Assembly (NCBI GenBank): GCA_000004985.1
Contig: GG738916.1
DNA: 64,000 bases
Origin: Naegleria gruberi
Taxonomy: Eukaryota
Direction: 5' to 3' (one strand)
Shown here piece by piece: positions 42,998 to 53,567 of this stretch (within the stretch, counting starts at the first letter, position 1; the number at the start of each line of letters is the position of its first letter). A model generated the notes under the pieces. It worked only from the letters and a program-made list of their open reading frames with translations, searched no databases and had not been told where the DNA came from. A program made the translations under genes and the position numbers.

Positions 42998-43797
42998 TTT
43001 TTTGTTGTTGTTTTATGAAGAATTTTGAATCAGCGCACTACAAAAAAATTGCTCTGATAATTTAAATAATATTATTGTTGATGATGATGTGTTCTTGTTG
43101 TCGAGTCTAACAACAATAAATTTATTTCCAATAGTACAAGAGAGAGATGAAGGAGCAAGATACGATTAGCTTGTCAAGTGTTGATACAATGCGACTCGTA
43201 TTTTTTTTGGATACAAAGCGCTGAGCGGCAAAACCTGTCTTCCCTGTGGTTGACTAGCATTTACAATTGCCAAGCGCCAAACAAGAAAATTTCTAACGGC
43301 CACTGAAAGCACTCAGAACGACAAGTTGTCTTCAACATGTTTCTACAGTTTTTGTGCAAACTTCATATGTGTAAATAATGTGTTGATGGATGATTCGACA
43401 ATTCCGTAATTCAATTGTTTCAACTACATACCTGTTATTAATTAACTTGTTTGATGATGAAATATTGCTTGTTGGTATTAAATATATTTGAGAATCTTTT
43501 AATTGGATGATGAACCTATGAATTGTAATATTCAAATAATCTCTAATGTGTTGATCCATAATTCTCGTGATGATGTTTAATTTTGAAAATCCTTAATCGG
43601 ATATCTCTATGACTTTGGAGGAAAATATTTGAACTATTTGGACGTTGTATTGAAGTTTACAAGAAGTCAACGAACGATTATCTCATAATACGATCACCAA
43701 TTAATTATTAATTTTAATTAATTGCAATCATGAAATTCATTGCTTGGTTGTATTGCAATAAGAACAATTTGAAATTTTGATTTTAAAATTAAAAAAA

Positions 43798-43959
43798 TGA
43801 AAGATTTAAAGAAGGGTGTTGGTCTGTGTATTGTATTAGGATTGGCTTGTATTGCATTGTATGCCTTTATTATTATGGCATCAGTAATTGCTCAGAGAAG
43901 TCCTGTTAAGGATGGAAATCTTACTTTTGCCACTTATTCAAAAGCAAATGTTTAAAATT
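43798..43959 (+). CDS. Possible small single-TM protein, 53 aa
   Basis: ATG. The product is MKDLKKGVGLCIVLGLACIALYAFIIMASVIAQRSPVKDGNLTFATYSKANV. It is the only ORF in a 1.1-kb intergenic stretch. It is short, so confidence is low. Confidence 0.2.
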
Positions 43960-44145
43960 ATTTCCGATGATGGAATATTACTTTTAATGATCAATAGATT
44001 TTGGACTTTAAATTTTCGGAAGGGACAAACCCTAAATTATAATTAACTGTTAATTTACAGTAGCAATGAAACAGAATATTGTGCAACAGTTGTTCTGAGC
44101 AGAAAATTATTATAAATTAATTAATTGAAAATGAGTACTATGGAT

Positions 44146-45210
44146 TTATAAAACTGGTGAGCCCTGGATGATATTGTAAATAAAATTAGTGACAGCATTC
44201 ATTCTAGTGAGAGGAAGAAAATGACCAGAGTGTTTCATTACACGCAATCTGTAGTTACCCTTATTTGGTAAAACTTGTTGCTTGACAAAGCTTTCACACA
44301 GGTTGGATCGAAGTAAATAATCGTTATCACCATGTAAATGAGAAATGGGGAGATCATTGTTGAATCTATCCCATTCAACTTGTTCATCCTTTTTCAAAGT
44401 ATTATCCAAATCGTGAGCAGTAAAATTGAATTCTGCAATCAGCATTTGAAAAACAAAATTTGGATCCTTATCCAACATCATGTCATCCAATACTGTCTTG
44501 TATTTTAACATGATATTTCTATCTTCCTTCCAAACAGAAACCATATTTGATTCCATTAGTGAACTAATCTTGTTGAGATATCTGTTGGCCCACAAGTAGA
44601 ATCTAACAATTCCATTCAAGACAAATCTTGGGAAATAATTCATAACAACCTTCTTAATTTTTAGATAACGAGGATCAACGCAGTGAGTAAAAGATGGACA
44701 GCTTCCAACCAACATGACACCTTTCAATTTCTTTGCAATTTCAGGATATCCTTTCATTAATTCTTGTGCAACAAATATTGAAATCATTCCTCCAACACAA
44801 AATCCACCAACAAAGAATTGTTCAAAATCCTTATCCAAAATTTCCTTTTCATAATTCTTGACAATATAAGCTGTCAATTGTTTGGCATATGAATGTAATG
44901 TCAACTCATCAACTTTTCCGTATACTTTTTCATCCAATTCGAATAAATCTATCACTTGCAAAATATCACCGTAAACCTTCTTTTGATTTGAAAATATTCT
45001 GTGATCAGTGAACAGACTCGGAAATAAAAACATTCTAGTATTTGTCTTTTTCTGTTGTATCAAATCATTATTAACAATTATCTCCTCATCCGTTCCTTCG
45101 GTCATGCACTCATCATCATCAAGTTGATTATTTTCCTTCTTGTTGCTGAATAATAAATAATAGCCACCTCCAACCAAGACAGCAATTCCAGCATAGAGGA
45201 GTGTTGTCAT
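44146..45210 (-). CDS. Alpha/beta-hydrolase-fold protein (thioesterase/lipase-like), with Cys at the nucleophile-elbow position and an N-terminal TM segment
   Basis: The N-terminal hydrophobic segment is LLYAGIAVLVGGGYYLLF. The G-x-C-x-G elbow is FFVGGFCVGGMISIF. A conserved His lies late, at HSGH. The call rests on these motifs only. Confidence 0.45.
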   Translation of the reverse strand: MTTLLYAGIAVLVGGGYYLLFSNKKENNQLDDDECMTEGTDEEIIVNNDLIQQKKTNTRMFLFPSLFTDHRIFSNQKKVYGDILQVIDLFELDEKVYGKVDELTLHSYAKQLTAYIVKNYEKEILDKDFEQFFVGGFCVGGMISIFVAQELMKGYPEIAKKLKGVMLVGSCPSFTHCVDPRYLKIKKVVMNYFPRFVLNGIVRFYLWANRYLNKISSLMESNMVSVWKEDRNIMLKYKTVLDDMMLDKDPNFVFQMLIAEFNFTAHDLDNTLKKDEQVEWDRFNNDLPISHLHGDNDYLLRSNLCESFVKQQVLPNKGNYRLRVMKHSGHFLPLTRMNAVTNFIYNIIQGSPVL

Positions 45211-46049
45211 TTTTTATTGGTAGAAGAATCTAATAATTTACCACAGCAGTTTATTGAACTTGGTATTGCTCCTGTGTAATCCAATATGCTTCTATCATAC
45301 TCATAAATGCAAAAATTGAGCAATGTTAGTAAATTTATTTACTAACATCCCGAAGAATATTCTATTGTTATTAGAGCGAGGAAACACACTAGGTACTTCC
45401 TCACGTATCAAAAATTTTGAAGGAGGGCAATAGCCAATGGCAATTGACCATATACAGGACAGCTTTTCAGAGTGCAAGGAAAAGCGTCGACTGCATAACT
45501 TTCCAACCTTCTTGATCATTGGAAAGTCCTTCAAGGTAAGTATGAAGATTTAAGAGAGGCAGTAAGACCATCCTTAAATTGTCCCTCAAAACCTCAACTG
45601 TTGGCTATATAAAATTATGGTCCATTATTTTTAAAAATATTTCTTATTACAATTTTGAAGCTATGGATTGGAAAAATAATCGCAGATCTATGTTTGTGTT
45701 AAGCCCGATAAATCAACAATATATTCATGTTGGTATTCTGTATATTCAAAGATTCAAGTAATTCTAACATTCTTTTAAAAAATGTGTTTGTAAACAATTT
45801 CCTATGTCAATATGTGTCGAACGTAATTGAAAAAATTGAAGTTCCAACCTACGGTGCAGTTTTTAGTGTGGGAATTTGCAGATAATGTTGATGTTGCCTC
45901 TTGTGATGACATTTTTTAATTAATGGCAGGAAAGAACTGTAGACTAATCCTCAAATCAATTATTCATTGCTCAGTAGTATAATAGATTGTAACAGTTAAC
46001 CTTAAATTGTCCTTGAAAACCTAAACAAATGCAAATAGACAAACATAAA

Positions 46050-46547
46050 TTAAACTTTATCATCATGAAAATTCCAACGAGTATTCTTTGGAGAATGTGA
46101 ACAACTCATTACATAAGTATCATTATCAATTGGTTTCTTCTTTTGAGTTGCACTACTCAACATGGATTGAATCGACATGCAAACACTCTGAATATTCATC
46201 ACAGGTGTCCATCCATCATATAAAATGTTAAGGCAAATATGTCCATTTGTATAGACATGTTCATGGAGAGGAACGTGAGGAGGTACAAATACTACTTCAG
46301 GTGATTGCAATGGATAATCATTGGAAAATGTAAATTTCAAAAGATATTGTTCTCCCGAGTAGATTGTATTTCTTGCTCCGTGTAATGTACAATAAATTGT
46401 TTCTAAATTATTGATTGGTTGATTTATGAAAATATCAATACCAACTCCACTTCCCTGTATGATTTGTCCACTCTGCATTCTCTTCTGATTATCTTCTTGT
46501 TCCTTTACAAGTTTTTGAATTTCCTTTTGAATTCTTTTGGCATACAT
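46050..46547 (-). CDS. UBE2W: Ubiquitin-conjugating enzyme E2 W-like, 165 aa
   Basis: Matches human UBE2W along its whole length: TLYEGEKFQLLFKFS vs TIYSGEQYLLKFTFS; HPHVYSNGHICLSIL vs HEHVYTNGHICLNIL; SVQSVCLSIISMLSS vs NIQSVCMSIQSMLSS; and the C-terminal W.HDD. Confidence 0.85.
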   Translation of the reverse strand: MYAKRIQKEIQKLVKEQEDNQKRMQSGQIIQGSGVGIDIFINQPINNLETIYCTLHGARNTIYSGEQYLLKFTFSNDYPLQSPEVVFVPPHVPLHEHVYTNGHICLNILYDGWTPVMNIQSVCMSIQSMLSSATQKKKPIDNDTYVMSCSHSPKNTRWNFHDDKV

Positions 46548-46822
46548 TTTTATTTACAATTAATTCCAATTAGTATGATGATGGTGGTGATGATGATGGA
46601 GAAGTATAATTATTATCGATGATTATTATTGTGATGATGCTATTGATGAATTGTCTACTTGTTCCGATTCTTGTAATAGTGCTTCACAATTATTCTTCTA
46701 TTTTTTTATGGTTGCTTTATTTGCTTTGATTTTCTATCTTTGTTCATCGTATTGTAAGATATGAACATTATCAGATTTTTCTAAAGTTAAATAGTAAATA
46801 TGAATATAGTATTGGAATATAT

Positions 46823-47980
46823 TTACTGTTCGTCATGATCTGCAAATTTCCAAATGTAAATAGTAAGTGTGGCAGCTGCTACTGCTAAAATTACACCCCA
46901 AATAGCCAAAGACTGATTGATGAGAGAATCGTTTGCTGGTGGTTTCCATTCTTCTTGTTTTTTGTTTTTCTTTCGTTTGTTAGAGAGAAGAGGTTGTCCA
47001 ATTGTCATGGCATTGGTCATCTTTGGAGGAATTTGATTCTTCTTTGGAAGTGGTTGACTTGGTTCAATATTAAATCCAAGAGCTTGTAAAATTGGTGAGA
47101 GAGGAGATCTAGGTGAGTGAACTGGAGAGGAGAAGGTAGCTGATTGTGGTGAGAGAGGGCTTGGATAGTTCTTGAGATATTCATCATTGAGAAGTTGTTC
47201 TTTGGTCTTTTCTAGATCGTCTTCTGAGCTTTCTTCATCTGAAATTTCCAAATTGGACAGCAGGGTTGAATCATCATTGGTGAGTTCACTAATTCTATCC
47301 TTTGAAGTGATGTGAACTGTGCACAGTTTATCATAGCAGGAGATTAAATTCATAAAATTAGGTTTTGGCACTTGGAATGGAATATTTCTGATTGGTAGAC
47401 TCTTTAGGTCCATTTCGTTCCACAATAATTGTTCAATCATATCTCTATTAATGTTACCAGGACAATAGACGAATGAGCAGTAAACTTTTTGTTGACCTTC
47501 TCCATCAAAATATTTCTTCCAAGTTTCAGTTAATAATTCGGTCAACTTTTCCTGGAATTTCACCTCTTGATTTCTTCTAATTTCACTACCGGCAGATTTT
47601 GCCTTATGTCCAGTTTGAATGTCGTGTTGTAATTGTCTTCCTCCTTGCTTCTTTCTAGATACATAATTCGAAAAAGTCTTGTGAACTATTGCCTTCCCTA
47701 AGGATGGATCAAAAATTGCTCCAGAAAAGTGTCCACCATGCATAATACACACAAAAATCAAATCACTCTTTGATTGAGGCAGCATGAATTTATATTCCTC
47801 CTGATTAAACCACGCATTCCAAAAAGTTAAATATTTATCATCATCAATTTCCAATCCGAACAATCCAGGAATTTGATTTAAATTCTTTTCAATCTTTTTC
47901 AATGGTTCTTGTTGAAAGAGGGCCACAATTTCCTCCTGATTAATTTTATATTTTCCCACTTTATGTTCCATCATCATCAA
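46823..47980 (-). CDS. VLRF1 (Vms1/ANKZF1-like peptidyl-tRNA hydrolase) domain protein with a C-terminal transmembrane helix, 385 aa
   Basis: IFVCIMHGGHFSGAIFD. Then SRKKQGGRQLQHD, which has the position and spacing of the Vms1 catalytic GxQ loop. A C-terminal hydrophobic helix, AIWGVILAVAAATLTIYIW. I see no ankyrin repeats and no VIM. Confidence 0.5.
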   Translation of the reverse strand: MMMMEHKVGKYKINQEEIVALFQQEPLKKIEKNLNQIPGLFGLEIDDDKYLTFWNAWFNQEEYKFMLPQSKSDLIFVCIMHGGHFSGAIFDPSLGKAIVHKTFSNYVSRKKQGGRQLQHDIQTGHKAKSAGSEIRRNQEVKFQEKLTELLTETWKKYFDGEGQQKVYCSFVYCPGNINRDMIEQLLWNEMDLKSLPIRNIPFQVPKPNFMNLISCYDKLCTVHITSKDRISELTNDDSTLLSNLEISDEESSEDDLEKTKEQLLNDEYLKNYPSPLSPQSATFSSPVHSPRSPLSPILQALGFNIEPSQPLPKKNQIPPKMTNAMTIGQPLLSNKRKKNKKQEEWKPPANDSLINQSLAIWGVILAVAAATLTIYIWKFADHDEQ

Positions 47981-48360
47981 AAGCCTAGAATATTAAACTA
48001 TTTAATATTTAAATATATTATTAATAAATAGATGGTTAAATTATTCTACAATCCTATCCGATAAAAAAGTCTGTTGACGATGAAAAGATTACTATTACAA
48101 TAGAGAGAGACACCTAGTTATCTTTTGATATTTTTTTATAATCAAATTTCGAATATTTGTGACTTTTTCCCGCCAATTACAATAATTTCTTTTTTACTTC
48201 ATTAAAGAGAATGCTCTTCATCAGATCTCGCACTTGCCCTTTATTGTTCTGGAAAACTTCAAGGCAATTAGAGCATTCTGGTTGACAAACATCAAATAAA
48301 CTTTATTAAAAAAAAATAGAAGAAACAAATTCCTATTCTTTGAATCATCACTGAATACAT

Positions 48361-50787
48361 ATGCCCAATCATTCTAAATTATTTAGTAGTAAATTACATC
48401 ACAGCGAGGACGATGATGATATCTTCTCATCAGCTTCATCGGGAGGTTCATCAGCTTCCTCCGATCTGATCGATGTTCTGATCAAGAATACAACATCATC
48501 ACTGAAGGGGAAATCATCACTCGATTTTAAATCACTCCCAACAGGGATTATATTGAAAATTATTAGAGAGTATTATATTTTGGATTTGACTCAGTATTTT
48601 ACAATTTTAGTGAGAATGATTTATCACAAGTATAGAAATAACAAGACGAATGGTTTCTTTTTGATGAAATTGTTTTTTGGAAGGGTGAAGAAGGAAAGGT
48701 CTTTGGGATTTATGGATAAATATGACATGTCTTTGAATCCATTGTTTAATTCATTGACAAGTATTTCGAATAGTAGTAGTGTTAATACGGACAGTTGTTC
48801 AACAAGTGTTGGTTCTAACAAGTCGGAGGAAAATGAAAGAGTAGTCGTTTCCCTTTTCAAAAATGTATCATTATCAATAGAGCAAAGTTTTGTCGATCAA
48901 GAACAAGCAAAACACAAACATTACTATCAAATGATTGTTTGGTTGCATCAAATGTCAACATTGGAGTTTTTGTTTGGAGGAATACCACTGAATTATGTGG
49001 AATGGAATGTTCCTTATCCAGCCATTTTGGCCTCAGCTTTAAATAATCATGATTCCAATACACAATTGTTGGAAGAGATGAATTCCTCTCAGGTGGTAGT
49101 TGCTGGAGCTAAAAGTAATAGAAAATTTATTATTCGATCAGATGAACAATTTGAGGATTTGAATAGAAATCGTGTGAATAGCTTAATTCAAAATACACTT
49201 TATACGAGTAAGGAGGAAAAGACAGTGCTCAATTCTGATATATTATTCTACATTTACTTGAATGGAGTAAAGAGTGCCAAGTTGAAACTCTCTAATTTTG
49301 ACCTAGGTTTCGATCACATGACAACAAACAAGAGTAAGACTAATTTATTTTATTTGGAAAATATTGATTACCAAGGAAATAGTGATATGATGATGGAAGC
49401 ACTCAAATATTCAAAGAATATCAAGTTCTTAAACTTTATTGACTTTCCATTATCAGATCTGACCCACCTTTCGAATAACATGTTAAAATTATCACTGGAA
49501 ATTGCCAACATTTTCAATATCAAGGGAATTGAAAATATTGGAAAAATGGAAAAGCTTACCGAGCTGAAAATCATTATTGCAAAAAGTTTGCTGACAACCA
49601 CAATGAATAATTGCGATCCAATCATTGAAAAATTACAATTACAAAATCTTGACAAACTTAGGAAATTCCATCTCGAGAAAGAACCAACTATTAACTGTTC
49701 TGATTATAGAATTTTACTCAAATTGGTCAATTGCTTAACTAGCAAATTGAGAGAATTAACGTTTGCACGATTTCCTTATCCCAATATGGTTCATTCCCTT
49801 GTTAGAGAAAGATTTACAGAATTGAATTCTCTTATAATCAATGAGCCAACCATGTTGGAATTTTATGATGAACCAGTTCAATTTGATGGATTGGAACACT
49901 TTACACTCAAACTTTCCCCACAAATAGTGGCAGAAAACTCGAATTCGACTGTTAATTTACAATGCAAATTGACCAGTACCCAATTCGAGAATTTAAAGTT
50001 TAACTTCACAAATTCAAACTCTCTATGTTTCAATTTGGCTCCAAAGAATGCTTCAAATTACAAGAGTCATATTGTTGATAGTTTGGTCAATCAGGTTTTT
50101 GATAAGAACTCTCACATCTATGTCATCAGTTTTACAAATACTAGAATATCAAAACTCGAATCCATCTCTCACATGTTTCAGAAACCAAATTTTGTTCACG
50201 TACAAGTCCTCAATTTACTGCATTGTCTCAAACCAGAAATGTCAGTCACTCCAGAACTCGTGGATCAATTGGGAAAATCCTGTCCAAACCTAATTACACT
50301 CAAATGGTCTAATTTCAAGGAAAAGAAATGCTTTGAACATTTACAAAAACACTACAGACACCAACTACAGAATCTTTCTCTAAGACATTGTATTATTAGT
50401 AATTCTAAAGCTTTCGGATATCTATTCTCCATGAGTAAGCTCAAAAAGTTCTCACTCCAACTAGATCAAGCATTCCCTGCAAACTTCCATCAAACCATTT
50501 CCACACCACTTTTGACCTCCAAAACTACTTCAAATGGAAACGCTGATGAGCAATCAATTACTCAAGAAAATTCAACCACAATTCTATCTCTCTACAATGG
50601 ATGTTCTAATTTGGAATTATTTTCACTCGAAACTCCTGCATTTACAGATCCACAAGTATTGAGAGAATTATTTTCTAAAAAGAATAGAAATTTAACAAGA
50701 TTAACGATTCAAATCACTTCAAATAAGGATCAATTAGATACTCTACACGAAATTCTCAAAGAAGTTCAAAATGGAAAATTCAAATAA
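48361..50787 (+). CDS. Hypothetical LRR-like protein with a weak N-terminal F-box-like motif, 808 aa
   Basis: A long ORF. SLPTGIILKIIREYYILDL resembles an F-box. Repeated L-rich segments follow. No other recognisable domain. Confidence 0.45.
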   Translation: MPNHSKLFSSKLHHSEDDDDIFSSASSGGSSASSDLIDVLIKNTTSSLKGKSSLDFKSLPTGIILKIIREYYILDLTQYFTILVRMIYHKYRNNKTNGFFLMKLFFGRVKKERSLGFMDKYDMSLNPLFNSLTSISNSSSVNTDSCSTSVGSNKSEENERVVVSLFKNVSLSIEQSFVDQEQAKHKHYYQMIVWLHQMSTLEFLFGGIPLNYVEWNVPYPAILASALNNHDSNTQLLEEMNSSQVVVAGAKSNRKFIIRSDEQFEDLNRNRVNSLIQNTLYTSKEEKTVLNSDILFYIYLNGVKSAKLKLSNFDLGFDHMTTNKSKTNLFYLENIDYQGNSDMMMEALKYSKNIKFLNFIDFPLSDLTHLSNNMLKLSLEIANIFNIKGIENIGKMEKLTELKIIIAKSLLTTTMNNCDPIIEKLQLQNLDKLRKFHLEKEPTINCSDYRILLKLVNCLTSKLRELTFARFPYPNMVHSLVRERFTELNSLIINEPTMLEFYDEPVQFDGLEHFTLKLSPQIVAENSNSTVNLQCKLTSTQFENLKFNFTNSNSLCFNLAPKNASNYKSHIVDSLVNQVFDKNSHIYVISFTNTRISKLESISHMFQKPNFVHVQVLNLLHCLKPEMSVTPELVDQLGKSCPNLITLKWSNFKEKKCFEHLQKHYRHQLQNLSLRHCIISNSKAFGYLFSMSKLKKFSLQLDQAFPANFHQTISTPLLTSKTTSNGNADEQSITQENSTTILSLYNGCSNLELFSLETPAFTDPQVLRELFSKKNRNLTRLTIQITSNKDQLDTLHEILKEVQNGKFK

Positions 50788-50823
50788 AGATTAAAAGGAA
50801 TCTTGCAGTTTCATTTAACTCAA

Positions 50824-51977
50824 TTACTTCTTTACAATATAATCAAAAACAATAGGTTGTTCCACACCATCCGATGAAGCATTAATAAATAGAGTGTTTC
50901 CAACTTTCTGATATCCATAAGCTCCATGTACATGTCCAAAACATGAAACTTTCAAATTGGTCAAATATTGTAATCTCTCTTTCAAAGCATAACTTCCATA
51001 CTTTCCACTTCCATCAAGAATCTTATTTGGTGGTGTATGGGTCATTAATATATCAGTATCTGTATCAATTAAATCATAAACAGATTTCAAATCCTCTTCC
51101 TTTTTGTAAAACCCTGTATTGTCCAATAATTTTGTAAAGTAATTTTCACCTTGAAAGTCACCCATGTTAGGGACGAAAGGTGTTCCAAATATTTTGACTC
51201 CCTCAATGGTAATACTGGAATTCACCAATACAGCAGTGGCATTCGAAAGTAATTCATCATATTTTTCTTTTGTTTTTGGGTATTCCTAAAATACATTCCA
51301 ATAAATTTCCAATAGTGTCAAATATATTCGAAACTTACATGATTTCCACAAATCACAATCTTGTGCTTGTAATTTACAGTTCCAAGCCAATCATTAAACC
51401 TGGAAACTTCTGCATTCGATCCAGCATATGTAAAATCACCACAATGCAATAATACATCTGCCTCCTGTGGTAAATTCAACATTCCATGTTTGTTATGAGT
51501 GTCACTCGTCACTACAAATCTAACCACTCTCAACCCATCCTCTGAAATTGTCTCATTCTCTTCATTTATCTTGAACGGAACTACTTTACATTGTTCCACT
51601 TCCTTCTTAATTTTTAATTTCAATTCCTCGGCCAAACTTTTTGGTCGAGCAGAGGAAGAACAAGCATCTTCCTTTGGAATATATTTCAATGAGGAAGGAG
51701 GTGGAGGAACTCTCATTGTGTTGGCAGATGGAGGAGGAGGTGGAGGAACATTTCTATTTGGAGAAACAGCAATGACATTAAACTTTCTGATTGGATTGAG
51801 CAGAATTTTCTTGTTTTCATTTGATACAATGAGTGGGGGTGGAGGAGGAGGTGTTATTGATGAAATAATATTATTATCGTGAGTAGTAGTAGTAGTATTG
51901 GAATCGGAATGGTGAGGGCTATTAGTAGAGATCATTTTTTTTAATTGTTGTTTTGAGTGAACTTCTCTTTTGTTCAA
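50824..51977 (-). CDS. Calcineurin-like metallophosphoesterase, two exons (51977..about 51342 and about 51288..50824), with a Pro/Thr-rich N-terminus
   Basis: VVTSDTHNKH. HCGDFTY. ICGNH, then a GTAAGT donor and a 53-nt intron ending TAG, then EYPKTKEKYDE... which completes the GNHE motif. Then GHVHGAYGYQ. Confidence 0.8.
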
Positions 51978-52075
51978 ATGAATACATACAAGTTCAAAGT
52001 TCCTATCAACTCTAATTTATTGACAGCAACGTCGAATCATAAAAGATATAATCAATTAGCTAATTGTGAGAGAGT

Positions 52076-53114
52076 TTAATAATTATCAATGTAGGCAGCT
52101 CTATCATTAGCTCTATTCAACCATCCTTGCAAGAATTTGTTATTGGCAGTTCCTGGTCTTCCCCAATACAAGTAATCTTGTCTGTGTCTTTCGTTTAATT
52201 GTCTGGCGAAAGCTTTTGGATCTTGTCCATTGTAACCACCAAATTCATTAAGGTATTGTCTTGATCTACCAGTACCAGAGTTGACAGCAATATCAGAACA
52301 GACATAGAAAGCAGGTTGTGGTAAGTTAGAACATCCTCCAGGTCCAAAATAATTTTCAGAATATAATTGAGCTGCACTTGATTTGTAAAGTGATGGATTT
52401 TGGTTATAGGCATAATAGCAAAAGTCAGCTGGATGACCAGAGAAACCATTATTAAATGGTGCAAAGAAGCCATTTCTATTATTCCAACATTCTCTGTAAA
52501 ATTTCAAAATTTCAGTTTTTCGAATACAATTGAAAAGAAACTTACGATGGAGTAACACCCATACATGTATAACCAATCTTTCCTTGGAATTCATTACCAG
52601 AATCACTTGCCCAATTTTGACATCTTCCTTCACTCTTGAATATTTCTGCCAATGTTTCAGCTGCCTTATCACCAGTCTTGCTGTCAGGTCCAGAATATGA
52701 TTCTTGACAGGCCATCTTTAAAAATTGAGCAGAAACCCATTGATTATCTCCAATACGAGCCCACTTGACACCATTAACATTACTAGTTTCGTATACAGTT
52801 ACTTGAGTTTCTGGTCCTAAAGTTTTAACAACTTGTCCACCAGGAGAAGTTCTAACATTCAATGCATTATCAACATTGGTACAACGAGTTTCAGGCCAGA
52901 ATGATTCACTATCAGACAATCCAGAAAAAGAGGATTTGGTCAATTGGTGTCTAATTTCTTGAACGATAGCTTTGGCCAATCTTCTTTCCAAGCTCAAGGC
53001 ATTCAAGCTGCTTGCAACCAACAGGACAGAAAACAACACGGTAGCAACAATGAGTGTGCTAGATTTCATTATTGTGTTATTTTTTTTGTGAGATGCTTTT
53101 TCGTTACTAGACAA
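52076..53114 (-). CDS. Secreted protein with a signal peptide, a bacterial-type SH3b domain, and a C-terminal Cys-containing lysozyme or cell-wall-hydrolase-like domain, two exons
   Basis: Signal peptide: MKSSTLIVATVLFSVLLVASS. SH3b-like domain: ALNVRTSPGGQVVKTLGPETQVTVYETSNVNGVKWARIGDNQWVSAQFL. Exon 1 ends ...GYTCMGVTPS at GTAAGT. The 52-nt intron ends CAG. Exon 2 continues ECWNNRNGFFAPFNNGFSGHPADFCYYAYN... and runs to the stop. The two overlapping supplied ORFs are the two exons of one gene. Confidence 0.6.
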
Positions 53115-53567
53115 CGCTGCATTCTTGATGATTCACCCACTTTCGTACATGTGATGAATTTAGCCAATTTACCCTTGAGAAATTATAATTATCTCTCTGA
53201 AGTTATTTTGAACCATTTATTTGCTTTCAAATATCACCAAGTTCAAATCAAAATAAATAGAAAAATATTGTAATAATGAAAACCTAAATTATTAAGGTAA
53301 TACACTCAAAAGTTCAGACTTTATCATCCAATACATTCTAAAACAAAGACCTGCAACTCTTTCAATATTTGCAACTGTTGTAATTGATTCAGTATTGCAG
53401 AATTATTATTGGTGGGTTGCAACACACAAATTCAGCACTGCACTGTTACATTCTTAATAAGGTTACGTTCTGAATATAATCTTGAAGCATTAAATTGTCA
53501 AAGATGAAATATTCAGCTAAATGCATCCTAAAAGTCTTTTCGTGCCCTTTTTCAAAAAATTAAAAAA

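Noticed and set aside
52076-53114. Two overlapping minus-strand genes, 52542..53114 and 52076..52672
   Set aside because: Splice signals (GTAAGT ... CAG, a 52-nt intron) join them in phase into one secreted protein.
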